A stretch of DNA of 64,000 nt from Gammaproteobacteria bacterium (GTDB taxonomy: Bacteria > Pseudomonadota > Gammaproteobacteria > SpSt-1174). Under the pieces are notes generated by a model. It was given only the letters and a program-made list of their open reading frames with translations. It was not told the DNA's origin and ran no database searches. Position 1 is the stretch's first letter; each line of letters starts with the position of its first letter. Below are positions 50,178-61,101 of the stretch, piece after piece. The translations under genes and the position numbers were made by a program. The stretch covers positions 5,010 through 69,009 of the forward strand of contig JARRKE010000005.1 of NCBI GenBank assembly GCA_037388465.1, in the 5' to 3' direction.

Positions 50178-52642
50178 GCCGACCTCAAGGCCCGGGCCGG
50201 CGGGGTGCGGGCCAGGCGCAGCGCGGGATAGAGGCTCGCCAGCAGGGCGCCGCCCAGTGCCAGCAGCAACGTCTGCCCGAACAGTGGCGCCTGGAAGTGC
50301 AGCAGCAGGCTCCAGCCGAAGGCGCGCGGATTGACCAGTTCGACCAGCGCCCAGGCCAGCGCCGCGCCCAGCGGCAGGGCGATCAGCCCGGCGCACAGCC
50401 CGATCAGCGCAGCCTCCCCGATCAGCAGACCGAACACGCCCGCCGGCGTCAGCCCCAGCGCACGCAGCGTGGCATGCACGCGGCTGCGCTCCAGCAGCAG
50501 AGCCATCAGGCCGCTGAACACGCCGGCGAAGGCAACCAGCAGCACCAGCAGACGCAGGGCGCGGGTCACCGCGAAGGTCTGGTCGAAGGTATGCAGGGCA
50601 TTGGCCAGGATGGCGCGGTTGGAGCGCACGTCCAGTGCCAGGCCGTCCCGCGCGGCCAGGGTACGCAAGCGTTCCTGCATGGCCTGCAGGGTCACACCGT
50701 GGCGCAGGTACAACCCCAGTGTCAGGACCCGGTCGTCCCGCCAGTACCTGGCATAGGCGGCGCGCGCCATCAGCACCCGGCCGGGACCCGGGTTGTAGTC
50801 GTAATACACCCCGACGATGGGAAACGCTCGCCAACCCTGTGCGGTCCGCAGCCGGAGGGTATCACCCGGCGCCAGATGCCGCCGCCGCGACAGGGGTTCC
50901 GAGATCAGTACCGCCCCCGCCTGCCAGCGCGACCAGGCATCGGGCTGCCCCGACTTGAGACGCGCCGCCGGATGGGCGCCGGACGGTGTGCCGATGGCCA
51001 GCACGTCGACCGGTCCGCCGGCGGCATCCACCCGGGTGCGGATACCGGTGTGCAGCGCATCGAGTCCGGGCAGCGCACCCACCTGCCGGACGAAGGCGGG
51101 CGGCAACGCCCGCCCGCCGTCCGCCGAGACATATAAATCGCCGTTCAGGGTCTGGCCCAGCCAGTCGGCCACGGTGCTGCGAAAGCTGTTCACCATCAGC
51201 CCGACGCCCAGACCGGCGGCGACGGCGACCGCCAGTGCGGCGGCGGCCACACCCATGCGGTCCAGCCCGCCGCGCGCCTCGGCCAGCGCCAGGCGTCCCG
51301 CCAGACCGCCGACCCGTCCGCGCTGCAGCAGATCGAGCACCCGCCCGACCAGCCAGGGCGTCGCCAATGCCGCACCCAGAATGAACAGAAAAATCCCGGC
51401 GAACACCGGCACCAGTCCTGCCATCAGGGTCAACAGGCCGGCCGCCAGCATGCAGGCCACACCCAGCAGGGCGAACTGCGGGGCGCGGCGCACAGCCTGC
51501 CGCGCCAGACCGGCTTCCTCGCCGGCCCCGCGTGGAGGCCAGCCCGCCGCTTCCCAGGCCGGCGGCAGCGCCGCAAGCACGGCCGCCGCCACGGCCAGCC
51601 CCACGCCGCCCAGCCACAATGCCGGACCGGGATACAGGCGGCGCACGGTCAACCCGAAATACAGGTCGTTGATGGTGCGCGCGATGAGATCGAGCAGCCC
51701 CTGGGCCAGTCCCAGGCCCAGAGCGCTGCCGGCCAGGCCACCGACGATGCCGAGCAGTCCGGCTTCGGCCAGCAGGGCGGCCAGCACCATACGCCGCGAC
51801 ACGCCCACCGCCCGCAGGCGGGTGACCGTGCCCTGGCGCTGCAGCACCGCGAAACGCAGGGTGTTGAAGATCAGGAACCCGCCCACCAGCAACGCCAGCA
51901 GGCTCAGCGCGAACAGGTTGAGACGAAACGCGCCGGTCAGCGCCCGCGCGGCGGCCAGCAGCTCGTTGGGGGTGGATAGGCGCGCCTCGGGCGGCAGCAT
52001 CGCACGCAAGGCGGACAGGCGATCCGCCGGCAGCGCGAACAGGATTGCGCTCAACCGGCCCCGCATGTCGAGCAGCCGCTGGGCGGTACCGATATCGCAC
52101 AGCACCACACCGGACAGGGCCGCGTCCGCCGGCAGCTCGCCGACCAGTCGCAGCCTGTACTGCGTGCCGCGCGCCTGCGCCGCAAAGCGTCTGCCCGGCT
52201 CGATGCCCAGCTGCGCCGCGGTGGCCGGTGTCATCAGCACCGTGTCCGGCTCGGTAAGCAGGGCCCGCAGCTGCCCGCCGCCGGCCGGGCGGCCCGGCCC
52301 GCCCAGCGTAGCCTCGGCCAGCGGGGCCACCCCCACCAGCTTCAGGGTGTGTTCGCCGGCCTGAATCCAGCCTTCCACCCGTGGCGCACTGGGCACCAGG
52401 CCGTGGCGAAACAGGCGCACCCACAGCCGTTGGTCCAGACCGCGCGGGCCGCCGGTGACACGCTGCTTGGCGCCCCGGTCCAGGGCATGCACCGAAAGCT
52501 CGAAGCCGCGCAGCGCGCTTTGCGAGGCCAGCTGCACACCCACGACCACCGCCACGCCGAGCGCGACCCCGAGCAGGCACAGGGCCAGCTGCAGGCGATG
52601 GAACCGCCAGTAGCGCAGCAGCGAACGCAGCACCAGGCTCAT
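50174..52642 (-). CDS. ABC transporter permease with two FtsX domains (YbbP-like, MacB-type)
   Basis: ~822 aa with two 4-TM FtsX modules. The start overlaps the ATPase stop (ATGA). Confidence 0.85.
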   Translation of the reverse strand: MSLVLRSLLRYWRFHRLQLALCLLGVALGVAVVVGVQLASQSALRGFELSVHALDRGAKQRVTGGPRGLDQRLWVRLFRHGLVPSAPRVEGWIQAGEHTLKLVGVAPLAEATLGGPGRPAGGGQLRALLTEPDTVLMTPATAAQLGIEPGRRFAAQARGTQYRLRLVGELPADAALSGVVLCDIGTAQRLLDMRGRLSAILFALPADRLSALRAMLPPEARLSTPNELLAAARALTGAFRLNLFALSLLALLVGGFLIFNTLRFAVLQRQGTVTRLRAVGVSRRMVLAALLAEAGLLGIVGGLAGSALGLGLAQGLLDLIARTINDLYFGLTVRRLYPGPALWLGGVGLAVAAAVLAALPPAWEAAGWPPRGAGEEAGLARQAVRRAPQFALLGVACMLAAGLLTLMAGLVPVFAGIFLFILGAALATPWLVGRVLDLLQRGRVGGLAGRLALAEARGGLDRMGVAAAALAVAVAAGLGVGLMVNSFRSTVADWLGQTLNGDLYVSADGGRALPPAFVRQVGALPGLDALHTGIRTRVDAAGGPVDVLAIGTPSGAHPAARLKSGQPDAWSRWQAGAVLISEPLSRRRHLAPGDTLRLRTAQGWRAFPIVGVYYDYNPGPGRVLMARAAYARYWRDDRVLTLGLYLRHGVTLQAMQERLRTLAARDGLALDVRSNRAILANALHTFDQTFAVTRALRLLVLLVAFAGVFSGLMALLLERSRVHATLRALGLTPAGVFGLLIGEAALIGLCAGLIALPLGAALAWALVELVNPRAFGWSLLLHFQAPLFGQTLLLALGGALLASLYPALRLARTPPARALRSA

Positions 52643-53334
52643 GCGTCCCGGATGCACCCGTCGACCAGCCGCAGGGTACGCGACACCTGCGCCGCGGCAC
52701 GCTGGCTATGCGTCACCATCAGCAGCGCGCAGCCGGCCTCGGCCGCGGCCTCGTTGAGCAGCTCGAGCACCGCATCGCCGTTGCCACGATCCAGGCTGCC
52801 GGTAGGTTCGTCGGCCAGGATCAGCGCGGGACGATGGGCGATGGCGCGCGCGATGGCCACACGCTGCTGCTCGCCGCCCGACAGCTGCGCGGGATAATCG
52901 TCGCCGCGCTCGACCAGTCCGACCCGGGCCAGCAGGGTCCGGCTGCGTTCCAGCGCCTCGTCGCGCGCCCAGCCGTTCAGGTCCAGCGGCAGACGCACGT
53001 TCTCGAGGACGGTGAGGTGCGGCACGAGGTTGAAGAACTGATAGACCAGACCGACATGTTCGCGGCGCAGCCGGGTGCGGCCGGTTTCATTCAGCGACTG
53101 CAGGGAGCGGCCCAGGATTTCCACCCCGCCGGCATCCGGCGGCTCGATGCCGGCGGCCACGTTGAGCAGCGTGGATTTGCCCGAACCGCTTTCCCCCACC
53201 AGCGCCACCCGCTCTCCCGGCATGAGCTGCAGCGAGGCACCGATCAGCACCGGGTGCTCACGTCTGCCGTCGCGGTAGTGCAGATGGACGTCGGCGAAGC
53301 GCAGCGCCGGGACAGCGGCGTTGTCTGCCGTCAT
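52639..53334 (-). CDS. ABC transporter ATP-binding protein (YbbA/LolD-like)
   Basis: [25 protein letters not shown] and [12 protein letters not shown] motifs. Confidence 0.9.
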   Translation of the reverse strand: MTADNAAVPALRFADVHLHYRDGRREHPVLIGASLQLMPGERVALVGESGSGKSTLLNVAAGIEPPDAGGVEILGRSLQSLNETGRTRLRREHVGLVYQFFNLVPHLTVLENVRLPLDLNGWARDEALERSRTLLARVGLVERGDDYPAQLSGGEQQRVAIARAIAHRPALILADEPTGSLDRGNGDAVLELLNEAAAEAGCALLMVTHSQRAAAQVSRTLRLVDGCIRDA

Positions 53335-54428
53335 CAGTCGAACAGCGACAACTGCGGGCGGGCGGATGCAGGGACGCGGAAATCCGCGCGGTTGAGCGGC
53401 GCCAGACCGCGGTCCAGGCCGAGCCGGCGGCAGGCGACTCGGCAGCGTCTGGCGTACAGGTCCGCCATCACGCCCATGCCGCGCATGCGGGCGCCGAACC
53501 GGGCGTCGTAATCCTTGCCGCCGCGCATCTGGCGCACCAGGCTCATGACGTGCTCGGCCTTGAGCGGTTCGTGATGCCGCAGCCACTCCTGGAACAGCGG
53601 CGCCACCTCGTGCGGCAGACGCAGCAGCACGTAACCGCCCGCCCGGGCACCGTGCTCCGCCGCCGCTTCCAGCACGCTTTCCATCTCGGCGTCGTTCAGC
53701 GCCGGAATCAGCGGCGCGAACAACACCCCCACGGGCACGCCGGCCTCGTGCAGACGGCGCATGGCCTCCAGCCGCCGGGCCGGGGTGGCGGCACGCGGTT
53801 CCAGGCGGCGCGCCAGGCCGGGATCGAGGGTGGTGATGGAGAACATGACGTGGATCAGCCCGGCCTGCGCCATCGGCGCGATAATGTCCAGATCGCGCTC
53901 GATCAGGGCGGATTTGGTCACGATCGAGACCGGATGACGGAATTCCCACAGCACTTCCAGCAGCGAGCGGGTCAGGCGCGTGCGCCGCTCCACCGGCTGA
54001 TAGGCGTCGGTGTTGATGCCCAGCGCGATGGGGTCGCAAACGTAACCGGGCTTGGCCAGCTCCTCGCGCAGACGCGCCGCGGCGTCCGGCTTGTAGAACA
54101 GGCGGGTTTCGAAATCCAGCCCGGCCGAGAGCCCCAGGTAGGCATGGCTGGGACGCGCGAAGCAGTAGCTGCAGCCATGTTCGCAGCCCCGATAGGGATT
54201 CACCGACTGACTAAACGGCACGTCCGGGGAATCGTTGCGGGTGATGACTCGGCGCGCGGTATCCACGTCCAGGGTGGTGCGCAGCCGCTCCTCCTCAGGT
54301 TCAGGCACGGTCCAGCCGTCGTCCTCGCGCTGGTGCTGGCGGCTCTCGAAGCGCCCGTCGGGGTTGCTGACCGCCCCGCGCCCCTTGCGTGGCTGTGCCG
54401 GGATTCGGGTATCCGGTTCGGTGTCCAT
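53334..54428 (-). CDS. Radical SAM protein, SplB-like/PA0069 family (N-terminus may extend to 54491)
   Basis: KGRGAVSNPDGRFE N-terminal signature and CEHGCSYCF (CxxxCxxC). The stop overlaps the ATPase start (TGATG). Confidence 0.8.
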   Translation of the reverse strand: MDTEPDTRIPAQPRKGRGAVSNPDGRFESRQHQREDDGWTVPEPEEERLRTTLDVDTARRVITRNDSPDVPFSQSVNPYRGCEHGCSYCFARPSHAYLGLSAGLDFETRLFYKPDAAARLREELAKPGYVCDPIALGINTDAYQPVERRTRLTRSLLEVLWEFRHPVSIVTKSALIERDLDIIAPMAQAGLIHVMFSITTLDPGLARRLEPRAATPARRLEAMRRLHEAGVPVGVLFAPLIPALNDAEMESVLEAAAEHGARAGGYVLLRLPHEVAPLFQEWLRHHEPLKAEHVMSLVRQMRGGKDYDARFGARMRGMGVMADLYARRCRVACRRLGLDRGLAPLNRADFRVPASARPQLSLFD

Positions 54429-54509
54429 CTCGAACCTCAGTATACGCGCCGTGAGCGATAGTGGCGGGACGCATTCAAGCGAAACTGCCACGCACCAGCA
54501 TGCGCGGGA

Positions 54510-56861
54510 TTAAGCCTCGAGGCGGATGCGGTCGATGAGCAGATTGACCAGTTTGTTGCGGGCACGTACGAACTCGCGCCGTTCCAGCCCCCGGCGCGCC
54601 AGCGCCGTCAGGTTCCGGTGCGCCCGTTCCAACGGCTGGCCCGCGAGCCCGACCGCCTCGATGTAGTGCATCGCCGGACAGGGCATCTCGAGCAGGCGTT
54701 CCAGGGCATCCGGGTCACGTATGCTGGCGGTGATCTGCTCGTTGAAGAGCATGTATGAGGCCAGTGTTCCCAGGGCCGTGGCCGGCTGCATCGGCTCCAG
54801 GCTGAGCTGGAACCCGCCGACCCAGCCCGGCACCTCCTGCGGCGGCATGGGCGGCGAAATGGCATGACCCTGCCCGTGCCCTGCGCCCAGCATGGCGGCG
54901 GCCTCGACCAGGCCCTGGTTCTCCAGGCCTTCCACCACCACGACCTTGCCCATGTCCTCGGCCAGCCGCGTCAGGTGGCGGATAAAGACAAGGGTGCGCA
55001 AGGCGTCATCGGGACCGCGGCGCACCAAGGCCTGGTCGATCTTGACCCAGTCGAAGGGAAGCTGGTCCAGACGCAGCAGGCTGCTGTGGCCGGAACCCAG
55101 GTCGTCTTCCGCAAGCTGCACGCCCAGCGCCTTGAAGCCGGCAATCGCGCGGTCGCGCGCCTGCTCGTCCTCGATCTCGCCCGACTCCAGCACCTCCAGC
55201 AACAGCCGGTCCGGGGCCAGGCTGGTGCGTGCCAGCGCATGTTCGACCAATCCGATGTAACGCGAATCCATCAAGCCCTGCGACGGCAGATTAAGGGACA
55301 CCTTGAGCTCCAGCCCCTCCCGGTCCCATTCCAGGAGATGCCGAAGCGCCTGGTTCAAGCCCAGATCGAACAGGCGGCGCATGTCCTCGTTGGTAAAGGT
55401 CGGCAGAAACCGGTCGGGCAGAATCAGCTCGCCCGTTCCGTCGCGCAGCCTCGCCAGCGACTCCATACTCACCGGCCGGCCGGTACGCAGATCGATGACC
55501 GGCTGGTAGTACATGATCAGCCCGCCGTCTTCCAGAAGGCTGCGCCACTGGCGGCGAATCTGGTAAGGCAGCGGCGCGGCTGCCTCCGCTTTCGGATCGA
55601 GACGCAGCAGGGCCAGGCCGAGCACATGGCGCAGATGGCGCAGCATGGCTTTGTGCGCACGCGAGGAAAATCCGCCGGCATAGGACGAATACAGCGTCAG
55701 CACCACATGGGCGACGCCCTCGGGCGGAGCGAGCGGAATGGCGACGTTCGATCGCACGCCGAGCCTGGCGGCGGTGCTCCGCCAGGGCTCCATACGGGGA
55801 TCGCTGGCATAGTTGACCGTACGTTCGATCTGTCCGCTGCGCCAGGCACGCCCGGTCGGTCCCTGCCCCTGGGGATGGGAGGGATCGGTCACGATGGTCC
55901 GGGCCTTGCCCGCACTCACCTCATCGAGGTAGGCCTTGAAGGTGTCCCCGGCGACGAACTCGAACTGGAATTGAGGTCCCTCACCGGGGCGGCCGATGGT
56001 AGCGGCCACCACCTCGTCCAGCCCGGCAAGGGCATCGACCACGCCCTGTGCCAGGTCGGCGAAGCTTTGTGCCCGCCAGGCCAAGGCGTCGAGACGCCGC
56101 AGCACGTCCTGGCGGCCTTCTTCGATCGTTTCGAAACCGGACAGCTGAGCCTGCAGATCCATCCCCACCCGATGGCTCAGCACCGCATGGGCCAGACCGG
56201 CGTGCACCAGTCTCGACTGCACCATGTTGGTCCACTGACTGTAGGCGTCGATCAGCCAGGTCGGCTCGATACCGGCCATGGCGTGAACCCGCCCGACGCG
56301 GGCGGCGGTCGCATGATGGGTTGCCGCATCGAGATGGGGGTCGATCAATAAGCGGAAATGATTGGCCAGTGCCTGCTGCAAACCTTCCCGATTGTCGGGG
56401 GTCAGGCTCGCGAGCACCTGACCGGCGCCTGAACTGCCGGCAAGCTGCTCGTCGAAAAACCGTTCGACGAAACTGCTGACCAGGGATTCGAGCGACGCAT
56501 GCAAGGGCTCCAGCAACCGGCATGCATCAGGGCCGTAACCGGGCTGCCCGTCTGTGTCGCCGAGCAGCTGTTCCGAACCGTCGGTGCCGGGATCGAAAGG
56601 ACGCCGCGCGTCGAACATGCCCCACCAGCGATCGCGCAGGCCCTTGGACGACTTGACCCGGTACAGTGCCTGGTCGGCCGCGCGCAGCAGGATGCCCGAC
56701 GCCTGCTCGGTGCAATCAATGCACAGCGGATAGATCACCACCCCGAGGCTCGCGCCGACCTGCACCTCGCCGACCTCATCCAGGGCGATCGGAACGGTGA
56801 TTGATTGACGAATGCGTTCCAGCGTCATCTCGAAGTCGTCGAGATCCTCGATATCCTCCAT
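54510..56861 (-). CDS. 3' fragment of an interrupted c-di-GMP gene: tail of GGDEF (GDEFVILMEDIEDLDDF...ADQALYRVK), sensor-globin-like domain, GAF-like domain, EAL domain and C-terminal extension
   Basis: Globin-sensor motif RVGRVHAMAGIEPTWLIDAY. EAL motifs YYQPVIDLRTG, DDLGSGHSSL and KIDQALV. Confidence 0.7.
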   Translation of the reverse strand: MEDIEDLDDFEMTLERIRQSITVPIALDEVGEVQVGASLGVVIYPLCIDCTEQASGILLRAADQALYRVKSSKGLRDRWWGMFDARRPFDPGTDGSEQLLGDTDGQPGYGPDACRLLEPLHASLESLVSSFVERFFDEQLAGSSGAGQVLASLTPDNREGLQQALANHFRLLIDPHLDAATHHATAARVGRVHAMAGIEPTWLIDAYSQWTNMVQSRLVHAGLAHAVLSHRVGMDLQAQLSGFETIEEGRQDVLRRLDALAWRAQSFADLAQGVVDALAGLDEVVAATIGRPGEGPQFQFEFVAGDTFKAYLDEVSAGKARTIVTDPSHPQGQGPTGRAWRSGQIERTVNYASDPRMEPWRSTAARLGVRSNVAIPLAPPEGVAHVVLTLYSSYAGGFSSRAHKAMLRHLRHVLGLALLRLDPKAEAAAPLPYQIRRQWRSLLEDGGLIMYYQPVIDLRTGRPVSMESLARLRDGTGELILPDRFLPTFTNEDMRRLFDLGLNQALRHLLEWDREGLELKVSLNLPSQGLMDSRYIGLVEHALARTSLAPDRLLLEVLESGEIEDEQARDRAIAGFKALGVQLAEDDLGSGHSSLLRLDQLPFDWVKIDQALVRRGPDDALRTLVFIRHLTRLAEDMGKVVVVEGLENQGLVEAAAMLGAGHGQGHAISPPMPPQEVPGWVGGFQLSLEPMQPATALGTLASYMLFNEQITASIRDPDALERLLEMPCPAMHYIEAVGLAGQPLERAHRNLTALARRGLERREFVRARNKLVNLLIDRIRLEA

Positions 56862-56874
56862 CAGGATGACGAAC

Positions 56875-57708
56875 TCATCCCCTTTCCCTCACGGCGGCCT
56901 TGAGTCGCTGGGCAACCGCACTGAGCACCTGATCGCCGACGGCGTGTCCGAAGCGATCATTGACCGGCTTGAAATCATCCAGGTCCAGCAGACCCACCGC
57001 GAGCAAACGCTCGTTACGATTGGCGCGTGCCAGCGCTTCCTCGATGTGCTGATCCAACGCCGTGCGATTGGGCAACCCGGTCAGGGGATCGCGCAGCGCC
57101 TGCCTGGCCAGATGGCGGCGCTCCGCCGCCACGGCGGCCTCGCGCGACAGGGCGGTGGCCAGCAGATTGGCGAATTCCTCCAGCTGGGCCTGGGTATGCT
57201 GCCGGCCGAACATTCCCGGAACACGGCTGTAGAGGGAGAGGAGCTGGGTCCGGTCGCCGACCCGCAGCGGCAACGCCGCACTGGAACGCCAGCCGAACTG
57301 CTCGATCCAAGGCGACCAGGGACCGGGCGCCGACCCGTCCTTCCAGTCGGCGACGTACTGCGGCGTGCCGGTCTGCACGGCGCGTCCACCAGGGCCGCGG
57401 GCCCAGGGACTGTCGTCCCAGCGCAGCGGCACATTGGCCACGTAGGCGGCCATATCCTCATCGCTGGCGTGTTCGAACAGGATGCTGCCGTCCGTCCGGG
57501 CGGCGCCCAGCCAGAATCCCTCCACCCCCCAGTCCTGCAGCAGCGGCTCCAGGCCCACCAGCAAATCGCGCGTCGACAGCGCCTGGGCGAGCAGGAAACT
57601 GAGGCGATAAAAGAAGTCGCGTTTTTCCGGACTATCGCTATCTGAAGATTCGGTAATCAAGACAGCACCCTCTGAACGGCCCCATACTACAGGCCGACCA
57701 TGACGCAA
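56875..57708 (-). CDS. 5' fragment of the same gene: GAF-like domain + first half of GGDEF (DPLTGLPNR...DDFKPVNDRFGHAVGD), ending RERG*
   Basis: The stop TGA at 56877..56875 falls exactly where GGDEF should follow. The motif continues in another frame. Confidence 0.7.
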   Translation of the reverse strand: MRHGRPVVWGRSEGAVLITESSDSDSPEKRDFFYRLSFLLAQALSTRDLLVGLEPLLQDWGVEGFWLGAARTDGSILFEHASDEDMAAYVANVPLRWDDSPWARGPGGRAVQTGTPQYVADWKDGSAPGPWSPWIEQFGWRSSAALPLRVGDRTQLLSLYSRVPGMFGRQHTQAQLEEFANLLATALSREAAVAAERRHLARQALRDPLTGLPNRTALDQHIEEALARANRNERLLAVGLLDLDDFKPVNDRFGHAVGDQVLSAVAQRLKAAVRERG

Positions 57709-57818
57709 CCAACCTCCCGCATGTGCCCGGCTTCACACTTTCCGGATTCCCGTGCATGGACGTCGCGTGACAGCTTGCGTAAATTAACCATTTCGTACCT
57801 CAGACGAATCACAAGCCC

Positions 57819-58439
57819 ATGAACGACAGCCGCGATGCGGTGCAGCTTGCCCAGACCCTGATCGACGTGGGGCGGGAATTCCACATGCGCGGCTGGGTGC
57901 CCGCCACGGCGGGCAATTTCTCGGTCCGCCTGGACGAGGAACGCTGCCTGATCACCGTTTCCGGCAGGCACAAGGGGCGGCTGAACGCCGACGACTTCAT
58001 GGAAATGCGTCTGGACGGCGAACCCCTGAGCCCGGGCAAGCGGGCCTCCGCGGAGACCGGGCTGCACCTGGCCCTGTATCGTTCCGACGCGCAAACCGGC
58101 TGCGTGCTGCACACCCACTCCGTGGCCAGCACGGTGCTGTCGCGCATCAGCATGGAATCCTCGGTGGAGCTGTCCGATATGGAGGTGCTCAAGGCCTTCC
58201 CCGGCATCGACACCCACGAGACCTCGCTCAAACTGCCCGTCTTCCCCAACGACCAGGACATCCCACGCCTGGCGCACACCGTCGACGACTGGTTCGAAAA
58301 GAATCCGCCCGTGCCCGGCTACCTGATCAAGGGCCACGGCCTGTATGCCTGGGGGGCGGACGTGAACGAGGCCATGACCCATGCCGAGGCGCTGGAATTC
58401 CTGCTGGACTGCGAACTGCGCCTGAGACAGGTGGATTGA
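57819..58439 (+). CDS. mtnB: Methylthioribulose-1-phosphate dehydratase (class II aldolase)
   Basis: TAGNFSVRL and LHTHS motifs. Confidence 0.9.
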   Translation: MNDSRDAVQLAQTLIDVGREFHMRGWVPATAGNFSVRLDEERCLITVSGRHKGRLNADDFMEMRLDGEPLSPGKRASAETGLHLALYRSDAQTGCVLHTHSVASTVLSRISMESSVELSDMEVLKAFPGIDTHETSLKLPVFPNDQDIPRLAHTVDDWFEKNPPVPGYLIKGHGLYAWGADVNEAMTHAEALEFLLDCELRLRQVD

Positions 58440-58478
58440 CCCCGCCCCGTTGATGAACAAGCGCCCGAGGAACGCCCC

Positions 58479-59024
58479 ATGAGCCACCTGACCATCTTCC
58501 CCGACGACGACCCCGCCAGCCGGACCGACTACGCCGCCTTCGAGGACATCGCGCGCGAGCTGAACGCCGCCGGTATCCGCTTCGAGCGCTGGACGGCCAA
58601 CGCCCCGCTGGCGGCGGGCACCAGCCAGGAGGAAACCATCGCGGCCTACCGCGCGGACGTCGACCGCCTGATGGCGGATTGCGGCTTCCAGAGCGTGGAC
58701 GTGGTGAGCATGCATCCCGAGCACCCGGACCGCGAAGCGCTGCGCGCCAAGTTCCTGGACGAGCACACCCACGGCGAGGACGAGGTGCGCTTTTTCGTGG
58801 CCGGCGCCGGCCTGTTCGACATCCATATGGACGGCAAGGTGTACGCGGTGCTGTGCGAGCGGGGCGATCTGATCAGCGTGCCGGCCGGTACCCCGCACTG
58901 GTTCGACATGGGCGCCGCCCCCCACTTCATCGCCATCCGCCTGTTCGGCAACCCGGACGGCTGGAAGGCGAGCTTCACCGGTTCGGACATCGCCGCCCGC
59001 TTCCCGCGCTACGGTGAAGCATGA
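58479..59024 (+). CDS. mtnD: Acireductone dioxygenase (cupin)
   Basis: HTHGEDEVRFFVAGAG and PAGTPHWFD motifs. Confidence 0.9.
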   Translation: MSHLTIFPDDDPASRTDYAAFEDIARELNAAGIRFERWTANAPLAAGTSQEETIAAYRADVDRLMADCGFQSVDVVSMHPEHPDREALRAKFLDEHTHGEDEVRFFVAGAGLFDIHMDGKVYAVLCERGDLISVPAGTPHWFDMGAAPHFIAIRLFGNPDGWKASFTGSDIAARFPRYGEA

Positions 59025-59698
59025 CGGTACGCGCCATCGTCACCGACATCGAGGGCACCACATCGAGCATCGCCTTCGTGCACGAAGTCCTGTTTCCCTA
59101 TGCGGCCGAGCATCTGCCCGGCTTCGTCCGGACGCACGCCGACGACCCCCAGGTCGCCGAACAGCTCGACGCCGTGCGGCGCGAGATCGACCAGGACCTC
59201 GACCTGGACGGCATCATCGACACCCTGCAGGAATGGATGGACACCGACCGCAAGGTCACGCCGCTCAAGGCCTTGCAGGGCATGGTCTGGACAGACGGCT
59301 ACCGGCGCGGCGCCTTTCAGGGCCACATCTATGAAGATGCGGTAAGCGGCCTGCAGCGCTGGCACGCGCAGGGCATCGCCCTGTACATCTATTCCTCCGG
59401 ATCGGTCCAGGCCCAGAAGCTGTTGTTCGCGCATACCGACGCGGGCGACATGACCCCGCTGTTCTCGGGCTACTTCGACACCCGCATCGGCGGCAAGCGC
59501 GAACCCGCCTCCTACCAGCACATCCTGAACGAAATCGGCCTGCCGCCGGACGATGTCCTGTTCCTCTCCGACACCACCGAGGAACTCGACGCCGCCGCGG
59601 AGGTCGGAATGCGCACCCGTCAGCTGGTACGTGACGACAGCGTGCAGATAAGCGGCCGACACACCACGGCCACCAGCTTCGACGAGATTTCCATTTAA
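59021..59698 (+). CDS. mtnC: Enolase-phosphatase E1 (HAD)
   Basis: AIVTDIEGTTS HAD motif I. ATGA overlap with mtnD. Confidence 0.9.
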   Translation: MTVRAIVTDIEGTTSSIAFVHEVLFPYAAEHLPGFVRTHADDPQVAEQLDAVRREIDQDLDLDGIIDTLQEWMDTDRKVTPLKALQGMVWTDGYRRGAFQGHIYEDAVSGLQRWHAQGIALYIYSSGSVQAQKLLFAHTDAGDMTPLFSGYFDTRIGGKREPASYQHILNEIGLPPDDVLFLSDTTEELDAAAEVGMRTRQLVRDDSVQISGRHTTATSFDEISI

Positions 59699-59870
59699 CA
59701 GACGCGGTTGAAAGCCGCTCGTCAGGCGCGGATACTGATTGGTTGCGCGCTGCGCGGATGCGTGGGCGCGATGAAATTCTTCATCCCCGCGGCGTTCGCG
59801 GCCCGGTCAATGCGCCTGACTTGATCCAGAGCAAGGCGAGCGACGCGGAAGCAGGGCATTTAACGAAACC

Positions 59871-60452
59871 ATGAAAGAATACATCCTCATCCTGGTCAGT
59901 ACGATTCTGGTCAACAACTTCGTACTGGTGAAATTTCTCGGCCTGTGCCCGTTCATGGGCGTGTCCCGCAAACTGGAGACCGCCACCGGCATGGGGCTCG
60001 CGACCACCTTCGTGCTGACCCTGTCCTCGATCTGCGCCTACCTGGTCAACCAGTACATTCTCCAGCCGCTGGGCCTTGAATACCTGCAGACCATCGCCTT
60101 CATCCTGGTGATCGCGGCGGTGGTGCAGTTCACCGAAATGGTGGTGCACAAGACCAGCCCGCTGCTTTACAACGTGCTGGGCATCTTTTTGCCGCTGATC
60201 ACCACCAACTGCGCCGTGCTCGGCGTGGCCCTGCTCAACGTGCAGGAATCGCACGGCTTCCTCGCTTCGGGGCTGTACGGCTTCGGCGCGGCGCTGGGCT
60301 TCTCGCTGGTGCTGGTCCTGTTCGCCGCCGTGCGCGAACGCGTGCAGGCCGCCGACGTGCCGGTGATCTTCCAGGGCAACGCGATCGCGCTCATCACGGC
60401 CGGCCTGATGTCGCTGGCCTTCATGGGCTTCTCCGGCCTGGTCAAACCCTGA
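59871..60452 (+). CDS. rnfA: Rnf/Rsx complex subunit A
   Basis: 193 aa, 6 TM helices, [20 protein letters not shown] motif. Confidence 0.9.
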   Translation: MKEYILILVSTILVNNFVLVKFLGLCPFMGVSRKLETATGMGLATTFVLTLSSICAYLVNQYILQPLGLEYLQTIAFILVIAAVVQFTEMVVHKTSPLLYNVLGIFLPLITTNCAVLGVALLNVQESHGFLASGLYGFGAALGFSLVLVLFAAVRERVQAADVPVIFQGNAIALITAGLMSLAFMGFSGLVKP

Positions 60453-60455
60453 ATC

Positions 60456-61019
60456 ATGCTGGCTGCCATTCTTGCCATCGGCGGGCTCGCCACCTTCTTC
60501 GGTATCGTGCTCGGTTATTCGGCCATCCGCTTCAAGGTGGAGGGCGACCCGATCGCGAACCAGGTCGACGCCATCCTGCCCCAGACCCAGTGCGGCCAGT
60601 GCGGATTCGCCGGCTGCCGCCCCTATGCCGAGGCCATCGCCGCCGGCGAGGCTGACATCAACCGCTGCCCGCCCGGCGGCGAACAGGTGATCGCCCAGCT
60701 CGCCGACCTGCTCGGCGTGGACGCCAAGCCGCTGGACGAGGAACGCGGCGAGCACAAGGAAAAACACGTCGCCATCATCGACGAGAACACCTGCATCGGC
60801 TGCACGCTGTGCATCCAGGCCTGCCCGGTCGACGCCATCCTCGGTGCGGCCAAGCACATGCACACCATCATCGCGGCCGAATGCACGGGCTGCGAGCTGT
60901 GCATCGAGCCCTGCCCGGTGGACTGCATCTCCATGGTGCCGGTGCCCAAGACCATCGATGAATGGAAATGGCCCTATCCCGGCGAGACCGAAGCCGCCCT
61001 GCTGAGTACCGAACATTGA
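60456..61019 (+). CDS. rnfB: Rnf/Rsx complex subunit B (Fe-S)
   Basis: [21 protein letters not shown] and [12 protein letters not shown] motifs. Confidence 0.9.
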   Translation: MLAAILAIGGLATFFGIVLGYSAIRFKVEGDPIANQVDAILPQTQCGQCGFAGCRPYAEAIAAGEADINRCPPGGEQVIAQLADLLGVDAKPLDEERGEHKEKHVAIIDENTCIGCTLCIQACPVDAILGAAKHMHTIIAAECTGCELCIEPCPVDCISMVPVPKTIDEWKWPYPGETEAALLSTEH

Positions 61020-61101
61020 AGGCCTGCACCGCGCGCAACCCCGGCCGGAAGAACGGCGTCCGGGACGATTTTTCCGCTCCGGCTGAGTAGAATCCCGCCC
61101 C

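Noticed and set aside
50817-52700. Plus-strand 515-aa and minus-strand 612-aa alternative-frame ORFs over ybbP
   Set aside because: These are P/R/A-rich shadow frames. The ybbP frame encodes two proper FtsX 4-TM modules.
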